DNA of 64,000 nucleotides from Takakia lepidozioides (Eukaryota; Plantae; Bryophyta), in contig CM060731.1 of assembly GCA_030704615.1 (NCBI GenBank), forward strand, positions 86,862,001 through 86,926,000. The letters are read 5' to 3'. The stretch's first letter is position 1, and the number at the start of each line of letters is the position of its first letter. The position numbers and the translations under genes were made by a program. The notes under the pieces were generated by a model. That model ran no database searches, was not told the origin of the DNA, and was given only the letters and a program-made list of their open reading frames with translations. This document shows, piece after piece, positions 11,683 through 23,200 of the stretch.

Positions 11683-12583
11683 GACCTACAGCTAGTGTAT
11701 CATGGGGGTGTTTCCTATTTGTTTTCCTTTCCGCATTCATGTTAGCTACCTGGCTATTGACAATTAAGTATCAGTTTGCTTCATCAATCTATCGGATTCT
11801 ATCAACTCATCCATTCATTCCACAACTTCACTCAAATCTCTCTACACAGTGTGATTGTATCGTATAAGTATCAGATTATGATTTATCAGGTATCAGGCCG
11901 AAGCCATTGTGTCTCTAATCTGCTCTACAATATCACTACAGCTTTGCATATAACAAGCATCTACTAATCATCTCTCCTCCTTCACCGTGCTCTCCATCTT
12001 TGATTCCGTTCTTACTCTCCGCCCGATCCCCTCTCCTGCATGACCAAGAAGTCCTCCCCGTGAAGTGCTTCCAAGAATCCCCCTTCTCAGTCCTTGCTTC
12101 TCCCTTTATCTTCCTACCCGTGGCTCTAACCGTTTCCCTCACTAACCGTCGTCCGTGAACTAACATGTTCCATTTGCAGGTGTTGTTCCCCACAGTCGTT
12201 CCCTGTCTTGCTCTCCATTCCCTATGGTCGTGACAGCTGTGTCAAGCTGTGACTGGCTGTGTGAAACTGTGACGGGCTGTGACTGGCTGTGCGACTCTGT
12301 TTGGCTGTGTCGGGCTGTGACTGGCTGTGTGGCTGTGTCGGCTGTGACGGGCTGTGTTGGTTGTGATGGCTGTGTAGGGCTGTGACGAGCTGTGCTGACT
12401 GTGTCTGGCTGTGTCGGCTGTGACGACTGTGACGGGCTGTGTTGGCTGTGACGGGCTGTGTAACCCCCCTCTACAGTGCGCTGCTGTCACCCCTAAGGCT
12501 CCTGTTGGTCTCAGTCTGTGCAAAAATTAAGGGTACCCTACAGATCCCGTATAAGTGTCTAAGTCCCAGACAGTCCTCTAACA
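11575..12583 (-). repeat. 5' LTR of gypsy copy A (~1.0 kb)
   Basis: TG...CA ends; homologous to 55830-56792; internal GCTGTGAC-type minisatellite at ~12235-12460. Confidence 0.92.
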
Positions 12584-13274
12584 ACTGTTGTAGTTTATTA
12601 TGCCACTTCACCCAGGCTTTTTTGTTGCAGTGGGTCTTCTAAATTAATTACCATGAAGGAGAGCTATGCAAAGTGCTAGGCCTTTTGGGGATGATATGAC
12701 TCTGCCGTTGTTGTTGTGCATATGGGTGGGTGCTGATAATTTGCAGTTCCTTCCTCTTTGTCGTGGACGTTGTGCAGGATACCACCCACACAGAATCACA
12801 ACATATGGAAGCATAGCATTTTTTACACGAATGCGAATACGCCAAACGGGGTTGCACATGGGGCTGGTAAACACTTCCTCTGGTAGTAACGTTGTTTTTG
12901 CAGGGCACTTGTACTGCAATGGGCAGAACCAATAAATTGGTTGGAGGTTCAATTCCTCTGCAAGTGAGCCCACATGTTTGCCTTGTGTTTCCACGTTTTC
13001 ATATTTCATTTCATGACTTGTTTGGGGGTCTTTGGTGAATGCGGTACACCTGGGAGTCCTTAAATCCTGATGTTGGTACATGTGTATGCTCTGTATTTGT
13101 GGGGATGAAAGTCAAATTGCAGAAAATGTATGCATTTGACATATAGGCTCGGGAGACAGATGAGACGGGTGGCACAACAACCATTTGGTATGTTTGGCTA
13201 GGAGATATGTACTTGCAGCCCAACTATTGCGGTGCAGTCTTAAGTAATTGTGGAGGACTTGAAATGTGGAGCAC

Positions 13275-14430
13275 TTGCAGGTCCTCCCCCATTGCCCACA
13301 TCCTGCTTGAGCCATAAGGCCACTACTCCAAAGTTGTTTGCTTGATAGGAAGCGGGTTTATGCCTAAAGTTGGCAAATTTGCAGGCTTTGTGACAGCTCT
13401 AGGCATGGCTAGCTGGTTGAGTTTGAAGCCATGCTTGTAACGTGAAACAAACCAATGTCGTTTGCTTATCCATTCCACTCCACGTAGATTTGTTTTTGGA
13501 TTGGCTACTATGAAAATAACCAAGCATACAAAATTGGAAGTCTGTTTGTGGCTATTACAGCAGTGCAAATAACTTCACCGGAATTACACTATGGTGGCAT
13601 CAACACCATAGATTTGCAGGTCCTCCCCCACTGCACACATCCTGCTTCAGCCATAAGGCCACTACTCCAAAGTTGTTTGCTTGACAGGAAGCAAATTTCT
13701 CCCTGAAGTCGCAAAGTTGCCAGCTTTGTTGCAGCCCCTTACATGAAGCCCAATTGGTTGAGTTTGAAGCCATGCTTGTAATGTCAATCAAAACAAAAAT
13801 AAGGTCAGAATAGGAAGGTTCATACAAACGTGATCTGCAAAATTACAAATTAACCTTAAAAGCCGGCATTTCACATGGGTGCAAGGTTTCTTGTGTGGGC
13901 TGATGCCTCTGAGGCACCTTTTCCAGAGTTTGGGTTTGCTAAAGCTTCTGCACATTGCCCTGCAAGCAGATGAGTGCATCACAAAGAAAGACTGCCCCTT
14001 CCAGGAAAGCAAGAAATCGTAAACAAGGTTGAAGCTGAATCATAATTGTTACAGTGTTTGCCAGGTTACAATCCCCATACTTGGAACGCATTGAAACAGA
14101 AAAATATAAGACCTTTACTGGCTGGCTGTGATGTGATACATGCCGAGTATGGCTCCAAGTGAAGTGGAGGACTTAACCTTGCAGCAATCCTACTGATCAC
14201 GTCCATTAACATCACCCAATGTTTGCAAGAACCTTTAAAAGCAGATCCACCCTGTCCACACACAGAGTAAACCAGAATGACTTCAGCTTATTCATTCCAT
14301 TCCAAGTAGATTTGTTTTTGGGTTGGCTGCTATGACAAAAACTAAGCATATGTACAGAATTGAAAGTCTGTGTAGGGGCCAATTACAACAGTGAAAATAG
14401 CTTCATGTGGAATTACACTATGGTGTCATC
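13275..14430. repeat. Degenerate local duplications
   Basis: 13275-13450 resembles 13614-13790 (TTGCAGGTCCTCCCCCA...GCCATAAGGCCACTACTCCAAAGTTGTTTGCTTGA); 13470-13600 resembles 14295-14430. Confidence 0.75.
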
Positions 14431-14459
14431 AGGCATGGAGATGCAACACCTTCATTTAC

Positions 14460-15332
14460 CTGTACAGTTCCTTCTCTTAAACTACAAAGATAGAAGGTGC
14501 CCAAAATGAGGTCATGTGCTCCAGAGCCAACATTGACAGTGATCGCAAGATACCTCGATTGCAACTGGGAGTCCCGTGGCTTCATATTTACCACGGTGAG
14601 CATGTGCATTTGCGAGATACTGCCATGATTGGGCCATTCTCATCTACCTATCAGCGGACACTAAGGACGGAATGGATTGATGAAACGCAGCCAAGCATCA
14701 CCCTCAGGTACTGGTATACATGCCACGCAAAAGGGAAGATCCAATTGTTCACAAACACACCTGCAGGTCACAAAATTGTCTTCGGCACTTCACGATTTCC
14801 ATAGTGTTTTAAGCAAAAACAGCAAGTAGCAATAGAAATTGTGCGCAATGCAATGATTATTGAGCAATGAATGAAGCCATGTTTGCGGATTGTAGGAGCA
14901 CGTGGTTTTTTTTAATCCTGCCTCCCCCAACTAACCTGCATTGTGCGCTCATCCATAGCCAGTCAATGTATACCAAAGGGAGTAGTCATGTAGCGCCGGG
15001 TACTTTTGTCCGACTCGACGGAGCCTCTTGGTACATGATGCCAAACACCAGAAATATTTGACAGGCTCCACCTTGTGGATGCCACTGGCACCCAACCAGT
15101 GCAGCACGACCATCATCGCCTCCTCAGCTTTGGCAATGTGTCGCTTTTCTTCCTCCTTCGCTGTCGGGCCCATTGTGACTTCCCTATAAAATCTGGCAAA
15201 CCAATCGCGGCGCCACTCCAGCGCTTTCTCTAGTATCTCTTCGTCTGTGGGCGGTGCGTGGGAGCGCACACGCACCAAATTGCGATACCGGGCTCTGGAC
15301 CGCCTGGGTACTGGCTCACGAAGCATTTTCAT
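14460..15332 (-). pseudogene. Possible decayed gene remnant, unknown product
   Basis: Protein-like 127-aa ORF at 14949-15332 plus an AG/GT-bounded exon-like block at ~14460-14761 containing stops; no recognisable domain. Confidence 0.3.
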
Positions 15333-17128
15333 GGAGTGAATTGAGGAGGCAGGACGACTTCAAACGGCAAGCGTGGACTTGTTAGCGGTGCAGGACAACT
15401 GGAGGGGACTCTGGACAACCTATGACTCAGTGGCAGGGTCAAAGACCCCAGAGCCATCACCAGGGATTTGATTTCCAATTATACCACAAAATATGTGTGT
15501 AGCGAAAATACGACGAATGGCGTGATGAAGCCATGTCTTCGCCTTGTAGATTAGGACCTCCCTTGAGATTCGGGGTCGCCACCGGTGTTCGCACCTTGGG
15601 ACCACCGATGGAGCTGAGAATTTACAAGCTGATACAAGGTATATAATTGTAGTTTGTCACCAAGTTTGGTGATTTATGGAGCTGATTAGCAGCGGGGCCA
15701 AATTATTGAGTCAATGGCACTCACAAGGCCTATTATTTGCATTTCTACTTCTTGGATGGATGAAGAATCCTGGAATTCGCCTTGAGGAGCTGGATGGATG
15801 AAATGACAACTCGCGCCAACTGGTCATCCAACTGGATGGATGAAAAGACAGCTTTCATTTGCCTCTAAGACTTTTCATCCATGTAGAATAGTATATTATA
15901 GATCTTCCTAGGAAATAATAGTTTAATAAATATTTTTCCTTAAACTAATAGGCACAACAACAGTATGAAAGAGGAGGCAAAGCTCTCTTATTCTTCATCT
16001 AGCTCATTTGCTTAGTTTCCTCTTGTTTGTTGTAGTGCTTGCTAGTTTTTTGGCTTGAGGAGGGGCTAGATCCTAGGGAGTGGAGCTTGAAGCTCCTAGT
16101 TAGGTAGGATTCTTGTAAGCTAAGGCAGGTGGCCTAGCTTTTGGGCCTTTGAGCCATTTCAATTGTGGGCCTTGAGCCATTTTCATTTGTGAAGGAAGAG
16201 GGCAAGTTCATGTGGAGGAAAGTGACTGAGGACGAGTAGAGTAGGAGGGGCTGGTATGGACTTATGGACGAGAGCCCAAGTGAAGGCCGCATAGAGTATC
16301 ATTACTTGAGTCGATAGAGCATCCCAAGCACTCTCGCATAGAAAGGTTGATCCCATCTTACCATTTCACCATTTGTGTATGTGATTCATTTATTTTCCAA
16401 GCAAAGCTTGAAGTTGAAAATTTGATTTAGCATCTTCAAAAGAGGAGAGTGTATTGTGGAGTCCCATTATTTCATGTCTAGAAGTGACAAGGGGAAGACC
16501 CCCATAGTTTATTGGTAAGGGCACCAATAGAGGCTTGTATTTGAATTGTTGGAAAAATGAATCTTTGTATTTGATTACTAATTTGAAAAAATAGCCAGCT
16601 CTGGCAAAGCACGCCAGTAGGCTGGATCTATGATATAAGGCCATTATAGGGCCTCTATGTGCTAATTGCCCCCGAGGTTTGCTATTTCATGAGCATGAGC
16701 GACATGAGCGGCATGAGCGGCATGAGCAGAGTAGTAACACAATCGGTTTTCATGAGCAGAAGTACAAATTTTGAAAATAAAAAACAATAAAAAACAATAA
16801 TTTAATGCAATGTGTCAGGAAAAACAAATATATTAATCGGCCCCTTGAAGGGAAAATTGCACTTTTGACAGTTGTGCTCATGATATTTCGTCTTCCGCTC
16901 ATGCCAATTCCCAGCGACATGTGCAAATATGGCGCCGAATTTCGCGGTAATAGGGTCCGTAACCTGAAAAACGGCGACGTATTTCGCGGTAATAGGTCTC
17001 TCTGGCGAAAAATGGGAACGAATTCCGCGGCTATAGGTCCCCTCATGACAGGTAATTCGGCGCCATTTTTCCAGTGCATGTTCGGACTTAGCCAGTTCGG
17101 ACTTAGCATGTTCAGACGTGCAACTCAC

Positions 17129-19216
17129 CTCCCGCATATAGTCGCCGAACTGGAGGAAACGATAATGCCACCATGCTAGCCAACTGACCATTGCTCCCTC
17201 GTCTGATTTCCTTACAACACCTGACGATGTCCACCAAGCCCGTATGCATGCAAACTGTGTCTCTGCATCATCCAAGGTAGGAGCGCGCTTCCACGCAAGG
17301 CACATGGAACGGTGCTCCTCTCTGAAATCTGGCGCCACGAGCCTGGTTGTGTACTGCGAAAGGCTTTGCAGAAAATGGAACCCACAAGATCTCTCCTTGC
17401 CTTCCATGGGAACATTGGGGTCTTGCCCGTACACCCTTCGGATGGCAGCCCAATTTGCTTGTGCGTTGTCTGCCATGAAACCACGGAAATTCGGAGGGGG
17501 CAATCCCGCCTTGGCCATCTGTTCGTTTATTCCCTGCCAAAGAAGCATCTCCGATTGTGTGTCCTCTCCTTTCATCTCACAAATAGCAATTGTCATTAGC
17601 ATCCTGCAGTGGGTGTCGTAGACATGTGCACCCATTGTCACCCACTGGTGATTTGTAATTCACTTGATATGGTCGAACATGACCAAACTGTTTGACAAGT
17701 TCCTACTCGTCATCCTGTCAACCAGTTCGACGCCGCTGCCAGGTCCACACGTGGACATTTTGAATACGAAACAACGATCTGCCTCAGTCCATTGTCCTGG
17801 AAACCTACTTCCATGAATGTAGTCATATCCACATCGTCGCTTCACCTCCATAATGGAGTGCATATCCGAGCCACGCCCAATTTTCTGTTTGCATGAGACA
17901 ATGTGGTTTCGGACATTCGGTGAACATACGTGGGACACCGACTCCAGCAATGCCTCCATTTCCTTCTCGTCGAGAGGAACTCTATCGGAGCCGTCTTCCG
18001 ACATATTCTGGCCAATGCCATCTTATGGGCGGCTTGGAGCTGTATCTGTTTGGGTTTGGCACCCGATCTCAACTTAACCTCCTCCTGAACGAGCTGCTCT
18101 GCTTCGTGGGCAGCCTCCCGCGAGTTCCCCCTCGCCAATTTGTGACAATGGGAACCAACGTGTATGCAAGCTGGTGTGAGGTCAGGGAAACGTGTGCAAC
18201 ACATAGAACTGCTTGGCATTACAAACAGACATGCAGTGTGGTGGTTCTTTGCAATGCGCACACTTAAATGTGGAGTTCGGAACCTTCTCCTGAGCTCAAA
18301 TGGTTGATGAGCTGTGCCTGTCCAATCGGTCTCGTTCCTGTGACCTCTGGATTTAAAGTGGAAGCAAGTTGGGGAGAAACACACCGCAACGCGCCCGCAC
18401 AAACAACGTAGCGCACCCGCACACCATCGAGCATCTTCATGCTGGTGGTTTTGGTAACGCACCAAGGATGACCGTCATGTTTTCTATCCATATCTGTCAA
18501 CATTCCGGACGCCCTCGAGTAGTCCGCCCGAGGAGGGAACTCAAAGAAGATATTACCGTCGACGTCGGCGGGAAGGCATGTAACCGATTTAATTGCGAAC
18601 TTGCTGTAGTCCAGCCCGGCCAGCTCCGACCGGTGTCCTCCAGGTGAAGCCCTCGCAGAATTTCAAGAATAGATCGAACTGCGGTGCTCGTGCTGGGAAT
18701 ATGACTCCCTCCTCCACTGACGTCCATTGAGGACTTGCCTGATCTCCAGGACGACCTCGGAACTTCCATGACCTCGTCTGAGTCGGACAGGTTGTGAACA
18801 ACCCGGTTCTGGCTCGTCTTCATGGATGGGTTCGGCTCTGGATTTACTTCGTTACGGACTTCTCTCTTTGAGGTAGCCACTCTCTGATTCGCGGATTGTT
18901 TCGTGGAAGGCGCCAGGATAGAAGGTGCATTTGGCGGGCAAATGAAGTCCCCAACAGCCCTGTATATGACGCTGTCCAATGGTGGAACTCGCCATTCCCT
19001 GCCATCGCCGAAATCATCGTGGAGCACAACAATACTGTCGACAACAAGGCCGTTAGAGTCCTTCCTTTCCTCCTCCAAAAAAACCGACCCCGGTTTTCAG
19101 GTGGTATCGAACGCACAGATATTTCTCCATCACCCGGCAGGTGTCCCCTCTGCACGGAAATGAAGCTCTATGCTCGTGAGGAGGGCAGTACACTGTAGCG
19201 CTCGGTTTTCCGCCAT
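17129..19216 (-). pseudogene. MULE transposase, truncated (copy 2)
   Basis: Near-identical to 2548-4634, including the HIK* stop. Confidence 0.87.
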
Positions 19217-19519
19217 GGGAGATGTGCACACAAGACTCCCAGGATGGAGTGCGGGGAAGCTCCCTGGTAGAAGGGGGATGCAGCGATGGGAATGAATGCG
19301 ATGCCGATTTGTCCGAGCGACGAAGCCTGATCCAAATCCAGGGAGCCAACTATCTCAAAATCCACAGTCAGAGTGTTAATGAACCTTGTCTCCGGAATGC
19401 GGCCCCTGGTCTTTGCGCAATAACTGCCAACGGTATGCAGTCAGAAAGTGGGGGGCCGTCCGGATGATGACGGCTGAAGGGAGAAGCCGGCACCGTGCCG
19501 TCACATTACTACCCCCGAA

Positions 19520-21330
19520 TGGAAATTCGGCACCCAATATCCAACAGGGGAAGCCCGGATGAAGTCGCCTCGGGCGCAGAGGCCGGCGCGTGTGCGACAA
19601 AGAACATCCCCTGGATGGAGATTCGGCGCCGAATTTCCATCCAGCAGGTAAAGGAAGTCGTGTCGGGGGGTCAGGCCGAAAACTGGCCGGCATAAAAACA
19701 TCCCCAGATGGAAAAACGGCGCCGAATTTCCATCCGGGGCGGTTCGGATGCAGTCGGGGAGGGGGAGAGGCCGGCACTTGGCCGTCACATTTCAACCCCC
19801 GGACGGAAATTCGGCACCGAATATCGAACAGGGGACGCCCGGATGAAGTCGCCTCGGGCGTAGAGGTCGGCACGTGTTCGACAGAGAGCATCCCTTGGAT
19901 GGAGATTCGGCGCCGAATTTCCATCCGGGCCCCCCCAAGGAAGTCTTGTCGGGGTGTCAGACTGAAAACTGGCCGACATAAAAACCTCCCCAGATGGGAA
20001 AACGGCGCCGAATTTCAATCCGGGGCCATTCCAATGCGGTTGGGGAGGGGGGAGAGGTCGGCACTGGCCGTCATATTTCAACCGCCGGACGGAAATTCGG
20101 CACCGAATATCCAACAGAGCGGCGGAGAGGCCGGCACCTCTCCGACAGAGACCAGCCCCCCGGATGGAAATTCGGCGCCGAATTTCCACCCAGCAGGTAA
20201 GTGCAATCCCGGATGGATGGAAATCCGCGCCGAATTCCATCCGGCAGGTAAGTGAAATCCCGGATCGATCGAAATCCGGCGCCGCATATCCATCCTGCAG
20301 GTAATTCGAATCCCGGATGGATGGAAATTCGGCGCCGAATTTCCATCCAGCAGGTAAGTGAAATCCCGGATCGATCGAAATCCGGCGCCTGCATATCCAT
20401 CCTGCAGGTAATTCGAATCCCGGATGGATGGAAATTCGGCGCCGAATTTCCATCCAGCAGGTAAGTTGAATACCGGATGGATAGAAATCCGGCACCGAAT
20501 TTCCATCCAGCTGGTAAGTCGGATCGCTGGCGTATGGATATTCGGCGCCGAATTTCCATTAGGCAGGTATTTCATCGCTGAGAATTACCTTCCTGCAGGT
20601 AATTCTGATCGATGAATTACCTTCCTGCAGGTAATTCTTATCGACGAAGGTAGGAAAGGTAATTCCTCGCTCAGAATTACCTGCAGGAAGGTAATTCATC
20701 GCTGAGAATACCTACAGGAAGGTAATTCATTGATCAGAATTACCTGCAGGAAGGTAATTCTCAGCGATGAAATACCTGCAGGATGGAAATTCGGCGCCGG
20801 ATTTCGATCCATCCGGGATTCCAGTAACCTGCTGGATGCAAATGCGGCGCCGAATTTCCATCCATCCGGGATTCGAATTACCTGCTGGAACGAAATTCGC
20901 GCCGAATTTCCATCCATCCGGGATTCGATTACCTGCAGGATGGAAATTCGGCGCCGAATTTCCATCCATCCGGGTTTCGAATTACCTGCAGGATAGAAAT
21001 TCGGCGCCGGATTTCCATCCATCCGGGATTCCACTTACCTGTGGATGGAAATCCGGCCGGTGCCGGATCTCCATCCATCCGCTCTCCGACAACCTTGCGA
21101 TGGAAATCCGGTGCCGATTTTCCATCCATCCGCTCTTCTTTCGAAATTACCTCCTGCATGACGGAATTTTGCGCGCCGACCTAGCTGCGGATGGAAATTC
21201 GGCGCCGGATTTCCATCCATCCGCTCTTGGAATTACCTGCATGACTGGAAAATGGCGCCGAATTTCCGATTTTGGTGCAAGTCAGATCTGGGACTTAGCC
21301 ATTTTCGGCCCCGAAATGGAAAAATGGCGC

Positions 21331-21367
<37 letters not shown>

Positions 21368-21704
21368 GCCATTTTTCCATGTCGGGGCCGAAAACGGCTA
21401 AGTCCCAGATCTGACTGGCACCCAAATCGGAATTCGGCGCCATTTTCCGTCATGCAGGTAATTCCAAGAGCGGATGGATGGAAATCCGGCGGCGGATTTT
21501 CATCCATCCGCTCTTCGAATTACCACCTGCTGACGGAAATTTTGCGCGCCGACTTAACCGGTGGAATGGAAATCCGGCCCGGATTTCCATCCATCCGCTC
21601 TTGGAATTACCTGCATGACTGGAAAAATGGCGCCGAATTTCCGATTTTGGTGCAAGTCAGATATGGGGACTTAGCCATTTACGGCCCCGAAATGGAAAAA
21701 AGGC

Positions 21705-21752
<48 letters not shown>

Positions 21753-23200
21753 GCCATTTTTCCATGTCGGGGCCGAAAACGGCTAAGTCCCAGATCTGGC
21801 TGGCACCCAAATCGGAAATTCGGCGCCATTTTTCCAGTCATGCAGGTAATTCCAAGAGCGGATGGATGGAAATCCGGCGCCGGATTTTCATCCATCCGCT
21901 CTTCGAATTACCTGCATGACGGAAATTTTGCGCGCCGACTTACCTGGTGGATGAAATCCGGCGCCGGATTTCCATCCATCCGCTCTTGGAATTACCTTGC
22001 ATGACTGGAAAAAATGGTGCCGAATTTCCGATTTTGGTGCAAGTCAGATCTGGGACTTAGCCATTTTCGGCCCCAAATGGAAAAATGGCGCCAAAAAAAA
22101 AAAAAAAAAAAAAAAACCGCCATTTTTCCATGTCGGGGCCGAAAACGGCTTAGTGCCAGATCTGACTGGCATCCAAAATCGGAAATTCGGCGCCATTTTT
22201 CCAGTCATGCAGGTAATTCCAAGAGCGGATGGATGGAAATCCGGCGCCGGATTTTCATCCATCCGCTCTTCGAATTACCTGCATGACGGAAATTTGCACG
22301 CCGACTTACCTGGTGGATGGAAATCCGGCTCCGGATTTCCATCCATCCGCTCTTCGAATTACCTGCATGACTGGAAAAATGGCGCCGAATTCCGATTTTG
22401 GTGCCAGTCAGATCTGGGACTTAGCCATTTCGGCAACGAAATGGAAAAATGTCGCCGAAAATAAATAAATAAATTTAAAAAAAAAAAACGCCATTATTCT
22501 TGTTGGGGGCCGAAAACGGCTAAGTCCCAGATCTGACTGGCACCCAAAATCGGAATTCGGCGCCATTTTTCCAGTCATGCAGGTAATTCCAAGAGCGGAT
22601 GGATGGAAATCCGGCGCCGGATTTTCATCCATCGCTCTTCGAATTACCTGCATGACGGAATTTTTGCGCGCCGACCTAGCTGGCGGATGGTATCCCTCCG
22701 CGCCGGATTTCCATCCATCCGCTCTTCGAATTACCTGCATGACTGGAAAAATGGCGCCGAATTTCCGATTTTGGTGCCAGTCAGATCTGGGACTTAGCCA
22801 TTTTCGGCCCCGAAATGGAAAAATGGCGCCGAAAATAAAATAAAAAGAAAATAAAAATAAATAAATAAACGCCATTTTTCGAGTTCGTGGCCGAAAACGG
22901 CTAAGTCCCAGATCTGACTGGCACCCCAAATCGGAAATTCGGCGCCATTTTTCCATTTCTGGCCCAGTCAGATCTGGGACTTAGCCATTTTCGGCCCCGA
23001 ACTGGATAAATCGCGCCGGAAAAAAAAAAAAAAAAAAAACAAAAACAAAAAAAAAAAAACCGATATTTTTCTAGTCCGGGCCGAAAACGGCTAAGTCCCA
23101 GATCTGACTGGCACCCAAATCGGAATTCGGCGCCATTTTTCCAGTTCTGGGCCAAGTCAGATCTGGGACTTAGCCATTTTCGGCCCCGAACAGGAAAAAT
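19520..23200. repeat. Palindrome arrays of MULE copy 2
   Basis: Same three-tier architecture as 4943-8750 with different unit counts. Confidence 0.9.

Larger units (their letters stand above)
1..12583 (-). mobile_element. Ty3/gypsy LTR retrotransposon copy A (5' part; runs off the window start), interrupted by MULE copy 1
   Basis: On the minus strand: 5' LTR (TGTTAGAGG...GCGACA), PBS, gag with two CCHC knuckles, then protease (LIDGGSG). Frameshifts and stops are present. Confidence 0.92.

Noticed and set aside
15882-16440. Solo LTR
   Set aside because: LTR-like composition and a TG start, but I found no matching CA end with a TSD.
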